Part shown: one piece after another, positions 48,762 through 58,001 of the stretch
How the letters are laid out: every line of letters begins with the position of its first letter
Numbering within the stretch: position 1 is the stretch's first letter
Assembly: GCA_041686005.1 (NCBI GenBank)
Contig: JAWLER010000007.1
Span: 8,794 to 72,793 of the forward strand
Origin: Anaerolineales bacterium
GTDB lineage: Bacteria > Chloroflexota > Anaerolineae > Anaerolineales > UBA11858
Length of the DNA stretch: 64,000 nucleotides
Direction: 5' to 3'
Program-made: the position numbers and the translations under genes
The notes under the pieces: generated by a model
The model's input: only the letters and a program-made list of their open reading frames with translations
Told to the model about the DNA's origin: nothing
The model's database searches: none

Positions 48762-49856
48762 TCACCCCATTTTTTCCCGGAAGCGTTCTCGCAAGCGATC
48801 GATGACCACCATCTCTCCTTCGTTGTTCTTAAAATACCAGTGGTCCCAACCGTTGATGGGGCTCCCGTTCTGAATGTGTCTCGCTGTTTGGTGGATAGAT
48901 CCTTCATAGTCCCCATAGCGTAATTTCCCGTTGGGCTTGAGGGTCGCAGCTTGCTCTGCTTTTTTTTGAAAGTAGAGCCTTTGACCTGGTTTGAGGTACC
49001 CGTGTTCCAAAAGGCGGGAGAAGGGGATCCGGGGAGCGAGGCGTTTTTTATCGCGGATGTCAAACGCCCCTTCCTGATATGGTTCAGGCTGCACAGTCTC
49101 AATCCTCTCTTGGGCTACCTTTACATAGGTGGGATTTCTCTCTATGCCGATCCACTGGCGGTGCAGCCGTTTTGCCACCACACCGCTGGTGCCTGTGCCG
49201 AAGAAAGGATCGAGGACGACGTCCCCCGGGTTGGTGGATGAGACCAGGACGCGGTAGAGAAGGGCTTCCGGCTTCTGCGTGGAATGGGCCGTCTCCCCCT
49301 CGATCCGCACCCGTTCTTTGCCTTTACAAATGGGGAGAAGCCAATCGCTGCGCATTTGTTTGCCATGGTTGAAGGCTTTCATGGCGTGGTAGTTGAAGGT
49401 ATAGCGGCTCTCCTCAGACTTCTTAGCCCAGATCAGGGTCTCATGGGCGTTGGTGAAGCGCACACCGTGAAAGTTGGGCATAGGATTGGTTTTGACCCAG
49501 ACGATTTCATTTAATATCCACAAACCGAGATCCTGGAGGATTTTTCCCACCCGGTAGATGTTGTGATAGGAGCCGATGACCCATAAGCTGCCGTTCTCAC
49601 TGAGCAGCCGTTTGGCAGCGGACAGCCAGGCCCGGGAAAAGCGGTCGTAGGCTTTAAAGTTTTCGAATTGGTCCCACTCATCATCCACGGCATCGACTTT
49701 GCTCAGATCGGGCCGCCACAGTTCATCTTTCAGCTGCAGATTGTAGGGAGGGTCGGCGAAGATGAGGTCGATCGATCCAGGGGGGAGTGATTTCATGACC
49801 TCCACCGCATCCCCGGTGATGATTTTATTGAGAGGTAAGGACTTCTTTTCACCCAT
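48762..49856 (-). CDS. Orphan beta-class N6-adenine DNA methyltransferase, CcrM/M.HinfI-like
   Basis: IFADPPYNLQL, NPMPNF.G.RFTNAHETLIW, H.TQKPEALL, LDPFFGTGT. CcrM-type C-terminal domain GSIH...NGW..W. Confidence 0.9.
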   Translation of the reverse strand: MGEKKSLPLNKIITGDAVEVMKSLPPGSIDLIFADPPYNLQLKDELWRPDLSKVDAVDDEWDQFENFKAYDRFSRAWLSAAKRLLSENGSLWVIGSYHNIYRVGKILQDLGLWILNEIVWVKTNPMPNFHGVRFTNAHETLIWAKKSEESRYTFNYHAMKAFNHGKQMRSDWLLPICKGKERVRIEGETAHSTQKPEALLYRVLVSSTNPGDVVLDPFFGTGTSGVVAKRLHRQWIGIERNPTYVKVAQERIETVQPEPYQEGAFDIRDKKRLAPRIPFSRLLEHGYLKPGQRLYFQKKAEQAATLKPNGKLRYGDYEGSIHQTARHIQNGSPINGWDHWYFKNNEGEMVVIDRLRERFREKMG

Positions 49857-49919
49857 CTTCGGAACCTTTTGGTCGCCTCGTCGGTTGCATTGGGCGTCAT
49901 TCCCATGCATTGGAGAGGG

Positions 49920-50693
49920 TTATGACACATTCCTTTGGCGGACCACTTCAAAAATCAGGATCGCCCCGGCGATGGCTGCGTTGAGGGATTCTGCATCCCC
50001 CGGCATGGGGATGTGCAGGGGCTGGTCCGCTGCTGCCCAGGCTTTTTCTCCGGGACCCCGTGCCTCATTGCCGATGATCAGAGCCAGGGGTTTTGTCAGG
50101 TCAGCTTCGGTGTGAGGGATCCCTTTTTCCACGTCTGCGATGTAAACGGTCAACCCTTGAAGTTCTCCCCTGATCTTCTCCCAGGAGGATTTCGCGACCG
50201 GGAGCTGGAAATGGGCGCCCATCCCGGCCCGGACCACTTTGGGGGCGTGAGGGTCCACAGTGCCTGGGGTCAGAAAGACAGCGTCTACCCCGGCGGCCAA
50301 AGAAGTGCGGAGCAGCGTGCCCAAGTTTCCAGGATCCCGGACCTGATCCGCGACCAAGACAAAGTCCATCTTTCGCGGTCGCGGTTGGCCCTGAAAGGGG
50401 AGGACAGCCAGCAATCCTTGGGGGGTTTGGGTGTCGCTGGCGGCGGACATCACCTCGGGAGACACCTCTTGGGTGGGCACGCCCTGCCCGCGAAAACCGT
50501 TGACCACATCCCAACCCCGTTGGTCCATATCACCGCTGAAGAGGACCAGTTCCGGGGTCCAGGCATGCTGAAGTGCTTCCTCCACCAACCGGAGGCCTTC
50601 GATGACGAATGCCCCCTCCTCCTGCCGGGCTTTGGACCGCTTCTGCAGGTGGCGGATGCGTTTGATGGTGGGATTCTGCGGGGAGGTGATCAT
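49920..50693 (-). CDS. TrmH/SpoU family RNA methyltransferase
   Basis: ITSPQN, EG.RL, DPGNLGTLLR, GNEARG, IPM....ESLNAA. Confidence 0.92.
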   Translation of the reverse strand: MITSPQNPTIKRIRHLQKRSKARQEEGAFVIEGLRLVEEALQHAWTPELVLFSGDMDQRGWDVVNGFRGQGVPTQEVSPEVMSAASDTQTPQGLLAVLPFQGQPRPRKMDFVLVADQVRDPGNLGTLLRTSLAAGVDAVFLTPGTVDPHAPKVVRAGMGAHFQLPVAKSSWEKIRGELQGLTVYIADVEKGIPHTEADLTKPLALIIGNEARGPGEKAWAAADQPLHIPMPGDAESLNAAIAGAILIFEVVRQRNVS

Positions 50694-51256
50694 GACATGT
50701 GTTGGTCCCAGACATCGCTGAAGGCCTGCGCAGTGGGCTCGTCAAAAAGCACAATGCGAACCTCGTTCAATCCAGACTCGGGATGTTGAGACGCATAGGT
50801 CTCAACAGCGTGCAGGATCACTTTCGCCGCCCGTTTTTTGGGAAAACCGAAGATCCCGGTGGAGATGGCTGGGAAGGCCATGGAGCGCAGGTCGAGGTCA
50901 TCTGCTAACCGTAGCGAGCCCAGGACGGCTTTCTCGAGTTTGTCGTCCTCATCCCCTGATCCCCAGCGGGGGCCCACCGCATGGATGACATACTGGCAGG
51001 GCATCTCCCCTCCGGAGGTAAAGGCGGGATTGGCATGGCTCACCGGCCCGTGCTTTTCAACCCAGCGGTTGCTCTCTGCCTGGATCGCGGGTCCGCCTGC
51101 CCGGGCGATCGCCGCAGCCACGCCCCCGCCGTGCTGCAGCCGCTCGTTGGCCGCGTTGACGACCCCACCCACCTCCTGACGGGTGATATCACCCTGCACG
51201 AGGTGTAAGGTGAGTTTGGGAGATAACTTGGTTTGGCGTAGAATCTCGCTCATCAT
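50690..51256 (-). CDS. Macro domain protein (O-acetyl-ADP-ribose deacetylase-like)
   Basis: GDIT, VNAAN..L.HGGGVAAAI, VIHAVGP, FPAISTGIFG. Confidence 0.92.
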   Translation of the reverse strand: MMSEILRQTKLSPKLTLHLVQGDITRQEVGGVVNAANERLQHGGGVAAAIARAGGPAIQAESNRWVEKHGPVSHANPAFTSGGEMPCQYVIHAVGPRWGSGDEDDKLEKAVLGSLRLADDLDLRSMAFPAISTGIFGFPKKRAAKVILHAVETYASQHPESGLNEVRIVLFDEPTAQAFSDVWDQHMS

Positions 51257-51287
51257 AGTTCTCCAGGTTCGATTGTAGCATTAACTG

Positions 51288-51320
51288 AAAAGAACTTCGC
51301 CATTAGCTGCGAAGTCCTTT
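51288..51320 (-). terminator. Intrinsic terminator after rplT
   Basis: Minus strand GGACTTCGC-loop-GCGAAGTTC then TTTT. Confidence 0.6.
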
Positions 51321-51344
51321 ACTTTTATTATGTAGTTGTCTGCT

Positions 51345-51704
51345 TCAATTCTTGATGGCCGCTTTGGCGCGCTCCACGATTTCGGAAAACGCTTCGGGAT
51401 GGCGGACTGCCAGATCCGCCAGCATCTTCCTGTTCAGATCGATGTTGGCTTCTTTCAATCCGTAGATAAAACGGCTGTACGGAAGGCCGTTCTGCCGGGA
51501 AGCGGCGTTGATGCGTGTGATCCACAAACGGCGCAAATCTCGCTTCCGTGTGCGGCGATCCCGATATTCATACCAAAGGCTCTTCAGCATGGCTTCGTTC
51601 GCGCGCTTGAAAAGGCGGCTGCGGGTGCCGTACTTGCCCTTGGACATCTTGATGATCTTCTTATGTCGTTTTCTGCGTTTGGTACCGGTTTTTACACGTG
51701 CCAT
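51345..51704 (-). CDS. rplT: 50S ribosomal protein L20
   Basis: MARVK...[36 protein letters not shown]. Confidence 0.97.
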   Translation of the reverse strand: MARVKTGTKRRKRHKKIIKMSKGKYGTRSRLFKRANEAMLKSLWYEYRDRRTRKRDLRRLWITRINAASRQNGLPYSRFIYGLKEANIDLNRKMLADLAVRHPEAFSEIVERAKAAIKN

Positions 51705-51759
51705 GATTTCACTCTCCTGCAATCCCCTGCGCGCCGGTTACCCGATGTTTCGCGGCACC

Positions 51760-51900
51760 TGTTGTTTGCACACAGCGGTTGCGCTAATCGATGATTATTC
51801 TCTTATTGAACCTGCTTCCTTTCGACACAGAGCAAGCGGGTGCGGTTGGATTTCTTTTTCCACCACACCGGATGATCCTGATGGACAATTACTCTCGGAT
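51760..51900 (-). pseudogene. Possible decayed remnant of rpmI (L35)
   Basis: Sits in the usual rpmI slot between infC and rplT. No intact L35 ORF. One frame reads KKKSNRTRLL..ERKQVQ*ENNHRLAQPL, weakly like the L35 C-terminal half. Confidence 0.3.
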
Positions 51901-51908
51901 GGGAAGGG

Positions 51909-52424
51909 TTAAACTTTTTTGGGAGCCAAGACCATGAGCATGGAATGGCCCTCGCGGGAGGGTTTTTGCTCCACTTCTCCAACATCACTCAGTTCTTCGG
52001 CGATTCCCCTCATGATGTCCAGGGCGATTTCCGGATAATGGATTTCCCGGCCCCGGAATTGGATGCGGACATTGACCTTCTTGTTTTCCTTCAACCACCT
52101 TCGTGCGTCCCTGACTTTGAAATCTCGATGATGCTCGGTGGTCTTGGGACGCAAGCGAATTTCTTTGACCTCGATCGTCTTTTGGGATTTTTTCGCTTTC
52201 TGACGTTTCTTTTCCTGTTCGTAAAGGAATTTCCCCAAATCCATCACCTTGCAAACGGGGGGGTCTGCGTTAGGCGCGACTTCGACGAGGTCCAAGTCAT
52301 GCTTCCGAGCTGTTGCCAGAGCTTTTTCAATGGGGTGAACACCTCGGTTCTCACCTTCGGGGTCGATCACGCGAACCATTTTCGCCCGAATGTGTTTATT
52401 CGCTCTGTAGTTTGTGTCTGCTAT
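51909..52424 (-). CDS. infC: Translation initiation factor IF-3 (non-canonical AUA start)
   Basis: IRA..VRVID..G, LDLVEVAPNADPPVCK, KEIRLRP, FRGRE. AAGGAG RBS precedes an in-frame ATA at 52422-52424. Confidence 0.95.
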   Translation of the reverse strand: MADTNYRANKHIRAKMVRVIDPEGENRGVHPIEKALATARKHDLDLVEVAPNADPPVCKVMDLGKFLYEQEKKRQKAKKSQKTIEVKEIRLRPKTTEHHRDFKVRDARRWLKENKKVNVRIQFRGREIHYPEIALDIMRGIAEELSDVGEVEQKPSREGHSMLMVLAPKKV

Positions 52425-52467
52425 TTTCTCTCTCCTTTTTCTAAATTGCTCTCGCTCTTAGATTTCG

Positions 52468-52497
52468 ATATTACCATAGAGAGGGGAGGGTCGTCAA
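52468..52497 (-). promoter_or_regulatory. Probable sigma70 promoter of infC-rplT
   Basis: TTGACG-18 nt-TAATAT with TG extension. Confidence 0.5.
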
Positions 52498-52656
52498 CAG
52501 GGGAGGGGGGGTGAGAGTGATTTTTTTCTCAGCTTGATGGAAAAATCCAAGAAAACCCGTCCTCCCGGGTAGGCGTTAAGGTGGTTTTTCTCTCTTTAAG
52601 CGGGGGACCAGGGAAGGATCCATTTGTGCACTGCTCGCTGGCTAGATGTATGAATT

Positions 52657-52696
52657 AAAGCTCCAGAAACCGTTGATTTCAGCCTCTGGAGCTTTT
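52657..52696. terminator. Hairpin/terminator downstream of the CSLREA gene
   Basis: AAAGCTCCAGA...TCTGGAGCTTTT inverted repeat. Confidence 0.5.
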
Positions 52697-52717
52697 GATG
52701 GTTACAGCCCGGATTCA

Positions 52718-55306
52718 TCAGGGACATTTGCAGTACGGATCTCCCGCATAAGCTGTAGGGACAAACCATTCTCCTCCTGCCTTTTCACACAGGTCTTTCG
52801 GCAAGTCCGCGCTGCAGACCAGGGGTGTCTCCGTGGGCAGAGGGGGCGCGATCTCGACTTCCACCTGGTCCGGATCGGCCTCCGTTTCCAGGATCAGATC
52901 GGACACCCAGCAGATGATGTCCAGCTGGGGATCGCGGATATACCACCACAGGGGTCTTTCAGGTTCCGAGCGGGCGAGGATTTCCACGAGCCGTCCGGCT
53001 TCGAAGATGGTGATCGTTTCATAATCCGTCCCAGGCCCTTTCCGGCAGCGGCCGGCTTTTCCCAATGTGCCCGATGGCGGAGGCGAAGGCAGGAATTGGT
53101 AATCCCAGCCGAAGTTAACGTCCTCTTCTGCAGCTCCTGTGGAGAGCAACACTTCACTCGCCGCCAGTTCCGCACCCCGGTCCGGGAAGGTCCAACCACC
53201 GGGGATGAGGATGCCGTCATTGGGTGGGTCCAGCGCGCTGATGGAAACACAGTACACGCCGGGATAGATCCCGGAAAAGGTATAATTTCCGGAGGCATCG
53301 GTTAAAGTGGAGGCGGTCCCGCTGCCCGGGCAGGCGCCCGCCCCCAGGCGGACCTCTACGTTTTCAATCCCCGGCTCTGTTGGGTCGTAAATTCCGTCCG
53401 CTTCCAAACCACCGGAGGGCAGCTCTATACAGCCGGGCGGAACCGTCGGGCTGGTGAATTCCGGCACCGCACAAAGGTCATGCCAGACCGTGCCGCTGAT
53501 GGTCCCTGCTGTGAGCGGCAGACCCTGGAAACGGAAGTTGATTTCCTCCAGATGGATGCCAGGTTCCAGGACCAGGTCATAGGATTCAGGATCAAAAGTT
53601 TCCTGGAGAGGGGATTTCGCCAGACAGTATGTCCCAGGTGGGACATCCATCAACTGATAATAACCGCTGCTGTCGGATTCTACGGTTTCTATGTCGTCAG
53701 TCCCGGGGCAGCCTCCTTCTTTGAGCGTCAAGATCGCGCCGCTCACCCAACCCTCTCCCGGATCCCGGAGCCCGTTTTCATTGTCGTCTATGTACGTCCA
53801 GCCGCTGATCGATCCCAGCCCGGTTTGCATTTCTAATGCGCCGCGATCGCAGGCCGCTCCCTGGGGACGGGAAACGCCCCGCTGGTCCTCGGCGACACAG
53901 CGGTCAGGATCGCCGGAATCGATGGCCGGGCTGGCCGGGTCCAGGGTATGGCTGAGCCCGTTGCCCCCGTTCATGGCTGCGGGCTGCAGGAGGGGATCGG
54001 TGTTAGAAAGATCTGCCGCGGAAGAGAAACCGCAGCTCGCCCCATCGTCCAGGTTGTAGCCTTGAGAATCAAGAGGAAGCCCGGCGCAGTTGTCGCCGGT
54101 GTTATCGGCCAGTATCGAACTGCGGATTTTGACCTCTCCGGCGCTGTCCAAGCGGATGCCATCGCTGTCGTTACCAGCCACGGTGATGAATTCCAGCTGC
54201 AGATTGCCGGTGCTGTAAATCCCCCCGCCCCCGGATCCACCTGTGGCGGTGTTTCCACTCACTGTGGTATTCCGGAGCAGCAGACCTCCCAGGCTGCCCT
54301 GATTGTAAAAAGCGCCCCCGGTCCCACCACTGGCGCTGTTTCCCGTGGCGCTGCTCTGGTAGAGGTGGACCATGCCGTCGTTGGTATAGACCGCGCCGCC
54401 CTGGGCGGCGGTGTTGTCTTTGTACCAGGTGCTGTAATGGATGGTGGACCCTTGATCCCAGGTGTAGGATCCACCGCCCTTCTCGGCGGCTTGATTGTCT
54501 TCAAAAAGCACCGATGTAAATGTCGCTGATCCGTTGTTCCAGACTCCCCCGCCGTTGAGCCCAGCGCTGTTCCCCTTGATTTCAAAGTCATCGATCTCTG
54601 CGCTCGCGGTTGGGCTGATCCACATGCCGCCGCCGTGGTCATCTGCCTGGTTACCGATGAAGTAACCGCCGGACATGGTCAAGGAGGCGCCGTCAAAGAG
54701 ATAAATGGCGCCGCCCTGCCGGGCGGAATTTTCCAAGAAATATCCCCCGTTAATGGTCAGGTCCCCGGCGTTAAAGATGCAGCCGCCGCGGGCATCCCCC
54801 ATCCCTCCGGGCGGCATCACCGCTGTGTTGAAGTTGCAGGTGAAACCATCCAAAGTGAGCTGGCTCTCATTCAATAGCCCCGCGCCGAGGATGGCTTCCC
54901 CGTCTGCCAGCCAGATCATCTCCATGTCCACGACTGCTGGGCTGTGGATGTGAAAGGATCGATCCCCATCTCCATGGATGGAGGGGGCTTCGTACCCGAT
55001 CAGGTTGACATCGTCGGTGATATCTAAATCCCCGGTTTCTCCGTCATCCTCATCCGCCCCCGTACGGGTCAGGTGATAGCTGCCGGCCGGGATGTGGATG
55101 GTTTGAGTCCCGGGGCAGGCGTTGGCGTTCTGCACAGCCTCCCGCAGGGAGCAGTCCCCGGCGTTGCACACCCCGTCTGAGGTGTCGTCTGTCTTGGTGA
55201 CATAATAATCGGACACCGCGCAGTTGGGCTCGGGCACACAGGCGGTGGAAAGGATGAAGAGGGCGAGGAGAGTGCCCAGCAGGATGGTGATTTTTTTGGT
55301 GGTCAT
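52718..55306 (-). CDS. Surface lipoprotein with CSLREA, beta-helix (choice-of-anchor-Q-like), two SdrD-B-like and SH3-like domains
   Basis: Lipobox LSTAC, literal CSLREA, GGA(I/V)Y repeats, DQRG..RPQG..CD.GA.E, D.NENG.RDPGE, CRKGPGTDY. Confidence 0.85.
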   Translation of the reverse strand: MTTKKITILLGTLLALFILSTACVPEPNCAVSDYYVTKTDDTSDGVCNAGDCSLREAVQNANACPGTQTIHIPAGSYHLTRTGADEDDGETGDLDITDDVNLIGYEAPSIHGDGDRSFHIHSPAVVDMEMIWLADGEAILGAGLLNESQLTLDGFTCNFNTAVMPPGGMGDARGGCIFNAGDLTINGGYFLENSARQGGAIYLFDGASLTMSGGYFIGNQADDHGGGMWISPTASAEIDDFEIKGNSAGLNGGGVWNNGSATFTSVLFEDNQAAEKGGGSYTWDQGSTIHYSTWYKDNTAAQGGAVYTNDGMVHLYQSSATGNSASGGTGGAFYNQGSLGGLLLRNTTVSGNTATGGSGGGGIYSTGNLQLEFITVAGNDSDGIRLDSAGEVKIRSSILADNTGDNCAGLPLDSQGYNLDDGASCGFSSAADLSNTDPLLQPAAMNGGNGLSHTLDPASPAIDSGDPDRCVAEDQRGVSRPQGAACDRGALEMQTGLGSISGWTYIDDNENGLRDPGEGWVSGAILTLKEGGCPGTDDIETVESDSSGYYQLMDVPPGTYCLAKSPLQETFDPESYDLVLEPGIHLEEINFRFQGLPLTAGTISGTVWHDLCAVPEFTSPTVPPGCIELPSGGLEADGIYDPTEPGIENVEVRLGAGACPGSGTASTLTDASGNYTFSGIYPGVYCVSISALDPPNDGILIPGGWTFPDRGAELAASEVLLSTGAAEEDVNFGWDYQFLPSPPPSGTLGKAGRCRKGPGTDYETITIFEAGRLVEILARSEPERPLWWYIRDPQLDIICWVSDLILETEADPDQVEVEIAPPLPTETPLVCSADLPKDLCEKAGGEWFVPTAYAGDPYCKCP

Positions 55307-55701
55307 GGTTTCTCCTTTGGCGTATGTACTTGTCACCTTATGTGGATTCTTGATCATGGTCACAGCGGGAGCATCAGGACCCTGATGGATCCGGGAAAGG
55401 TGGGAATCAAGAGTTGCTTTGCCTTATAGAGCTATGATCCTTGAAAGGGATGACCCGTCCGGCGCCTTTTTTCTGATCCATAAAGGCACGCCACATCTAA
55501 GCCGGACCAACTGATGAGTTAACGAAAAAAAGATGAGACGATAGAAACTGGTGCCCGATTTCCATCATCTCCGCTTTTCCGCGCCCGTTTCCAGGTCTTG
55601 TTTTTCAACTCTTTTATTTTATCAGAGAAATGGATGAGAACTGTAGAGTGGGATAGGATTGGGTGGATTTCTCCCAAGTTTTAGGGAGGGATGTCTTAGA
55701 G

Positions 55702-55741
55702 AAAAGAAGGGCTCCGGGTTGGAATGGAGCCCTTCTTTTTT
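55702..55741. terminator. Bidirectional-type intrinsic terminator after thrS
   Basis: AAAAGAAGGGCTCC-10 nt-GGAGCCCTTCTTTT perfect inverted repeat. Confidence 0.75.
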
Positions 55742-55762
55742 GTTTCTTTGCTTCCCCCTATG

Positions 55763-57568
55763 TCATTGGTGAGACTCGATCTCTTCCAGCATGCGATCGA
55801 GCAGGTCCTCCACGCTCATGGGGTCCAACTGCTCGCCGGTGCGCAAGCGGGGCGCCACCGTGCCCGCCTCTTCCTCGCGGTCACCGACCACCAGCATGTA
55901 GGGGATTTTACCCTTCTCAGCGTCGCGGATTTTCGCGCCCATGCGGTCGCTGCTGTCATCCACTTCCACACGGATGCCTGCTGCGCGAAGCTGCTCCGCG
56001 ACCTCCTTAACATAGGGGAGGTTGCGGTCGGTGATGGGGATCATCACCGCCTGAACCGGAGCGAGCCAAAGCGGGAAATCACCGCCATAGTGCTCAATGA
56101 GGACGCCGACAAAGCGCTCCATGGAACCCAGCAGCGCGCGATGGATCATGTACGGTCGGTGTTGGTCTCCGTCTTCTCCGATGTAAACCAGATCGAACCG
56201 GTCCGGGAGGTTGAAGTCGAACTGGATCGTGCTCAACTGCCACTCCCGTTCCAGGGCGTCGATCATTTTCAGGTCGATTTTCGGGCCGTAGAACGCAGCT
56301 CCCCCTTCGTCGATCTCATAATCGAGCTCGGCTCGATCCAACGCCGCCCGGAGCGCGTCCGTGGCGTTGTCCCAGCGCTCCTTCTCCCCGGCTGATTTTT
56401 CAGGGTCCCTGGTCGCCAGGTAGGCGTGGAAATCCTGGATCCCGAAGCCGCGCAGGATATGGAGGCAGAAATTCAAGACACGGTCGATCTCCTCGGGCAT
56501 CTGTTCGGGGCTGCAGAAGATGTGGGCGTCGTCCTGCGTGAAGCCGCGCACCCGCATCAGGCCGTGTAGCACGCCGCTGCGCTCGTAGCGGTACACCGTG
56601 CCCCATTCCGCCCAGCGCAGGGGTAGATCCCGGTAGCTGTGGAGGTCGTTTTTGTAGATCATGATGTGGAAAGGGCAGTTCATGGGCTTCAAGAAGTATT
56701 CCTCCTCATCGATTTCGATGGGGGAGTACATGTTCTCGTCGTACCATGTCAGGTGACCGCTCGTCTCCCATAAACTCTTTTTGCCGATGTGGGGGGAGTA
56801 GACCAACTCGTAGCCGTGAGCCAGGTGTTCGTCCTTGCAGTATTCCTCCGCCAGGTGGCGGACCATAGCCCCTTTGGGATGCCAGAGCACCAGCCCGCTG
56901 CCCACCTCCGGTGAGGTGCTGTACAGGTCGAGGTCCTGGCCCAACTTGCGGTGATCCCGGCGCTTGGCCTCCTCCAGCTTGTCAAGATATCTTTCCAAAG
57001 CCTCCTGGCTTTCCCAGGCCGTGCCGTAAATGCGCTGCAGCATGGGGTTGTGTTCATCGCCGCGCCAATAGGCACCGGCCACATTGAGCAGCTTGACCGC
57101 CCCAGGGTCGATCTCTTTGGTGCTTTTCACGTGGGGGCCGCGGCAAAGGTCCACGAAGTCATCGTGTTTGTAGATGGAGATGACCGGTTTTTCGTCCAGC
57201 GGTTGTCCGTGCTCATCCACACCGCCCGATTCCAGGCCGTCGATCAATTCCTGCTTGTAGGGTTGATCCTTGAAGATCTCCCGCGCTTCCTCCGCGGACA
57301 GCTCTCTGCGCTTGAACTCATGATCCTCGGACAACGTCTCGCGCATCTTCTCTTCGATTACCTCCAGATCCTCCGGGGTCAGCGGTCGGGGTAAGTCGAA
57401 ATCATAATAGAATCCGTCCTCAATGGGCGGGCCGATAGCGATTTTCGCTTCCCCTTCTGGGAACATGTCCATGACCGCCTGGGCCATGACATGCGCGGCT
57501 GAGTGCCGGATGCGGTATAGTTTTGACTCTTCGTATCCGTTCCCATTTTCATGTTCCTTGTGGGCCAT
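55763..57568 (-). CDS. thrS: Threonine--tRNA ligase
   Basis: RHSAAH, GPPIEDGFYYDF, DLCRGPH, RDHRKLG, KPMNCPFH, RVRGFTQDDAH, HRALLGSMERF. Confidence 0.97.
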   Translation of the reverse strand: MAHKEHENGNGYEESKLYRIRHSAAHVMAQAVMDMFPEGEAKIAIGPPIEDGFYYDFDLPRPLTPEDLEVIEEKMRETLSEDHEFKRRELSAEEAREIFKDQPYKQELIDGLESGGVDEHGQPLDEKPVISIYKHDDFVDLCRGPHVKSTKEIDPGAVKLLNVAGAYWRGDEHNPMLQRIYGTAWESQEALERYLDKLEEAKRRDHRKLGQDLDLYSTSPEVGSGLVLWHPKGAMVRHLAEEYCKDEHLAHGYELVYSPHIGKKSLWETSGHLTWYDENMYSPIEIDEEEYFLKPMNCPFHIMIYKNDLHSYRDLPLRWAEWGTVYRYERSGVLHGLMRVRGFTQDDAHIFCSPEQMPEEIDRVLNFCLHILRGFGIQDFHAYLATRDPEKSAGEKERWDNATDALRAALDRAELDYEIDEGGAAFYGPKIDLKMIDALEREWQLSTIQFDFNLPDRFDLVYIGEDGDQHRPYMIHRALLGSMERFVGVLIEHYGGDFPLWLAPVQAVMIPITDRNLPYVKEVAEQLRAAGIRVEVDDSSDRMGAKIRDAEKGKIPYMLVVGDREEEAGTVAPRLRTGEQLDPMSVEDLLDRMLEEIESHQ

Positions 57569-57583
57569 TTTGCACCTCCAAAA

Positions 57584-57825
57584 TAAAAAAAACCCCTGCC
57601 CAACTGGGGCAAGAGTTTACTCGCGGTTCCACCCAGATTTACCCTGATCCTCAGGGTATCTCTTTGGGCCGATAACGGGGCCAGTCGATCCACCATACTC
57701 CCTGGTCAGGTTTCCGGTGTCTGCTCACGGGGGGTTTTCGCGGTTTGTCTCTGGGGAAGGTTCTCAACCGGTGACCTTCTCTCTCTGTCAGAGCCTGGGA
57801 CCGCTACTCGTCCCGCTCAACGCTT
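57584..57825 (-). ncRNA. T-box riboswitch (Thr specifier)
   Basis: Stem I with AGTA, AGAGAG and GTTGAGA, specifier GAAA-ACC-C (57733-57735), CCGTTA. T-box TGGGTGGAACCGCG (57622-57635) and a terminator with a long U-tract. Confidence 0.93.
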
Positions 57826-57844
57826 TCCTATTCAAGTTGGGTAC

Positions 57845-57872
57845 ATTATAGCGCCTTTTCTTGGAAATGCAA
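57845..57872 (-). promoter_or_regulatory. Probable sigma70 promoter of the thrS leader
   Basis: TTGCAT-16 nt-TATAAT just upstream of T-box stem I. Confidence 0.5.
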
Positions 57873-58001
57873 GGCTTCCTTGTTAGCGTTTTGTTAACGA
57901 TATCAGGGGCTTGAGGTGGGCTTGCAAGAATGATCCTGGGATTGGTCCCCTGCCCACCCTCTCCCTGGGTAGTATGGGTTGCGTTCCAAGTGTTAGGGTT
58001 C

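Noticed and set aside
55520-55600. c-di-GMP-II riboswitch (GGAA...GATGA...GGGCAC resemblance)
   Set aside because: The downstream GTGCAACC pseudoknot partner is absent. Kept only as an unexplained hairpin.
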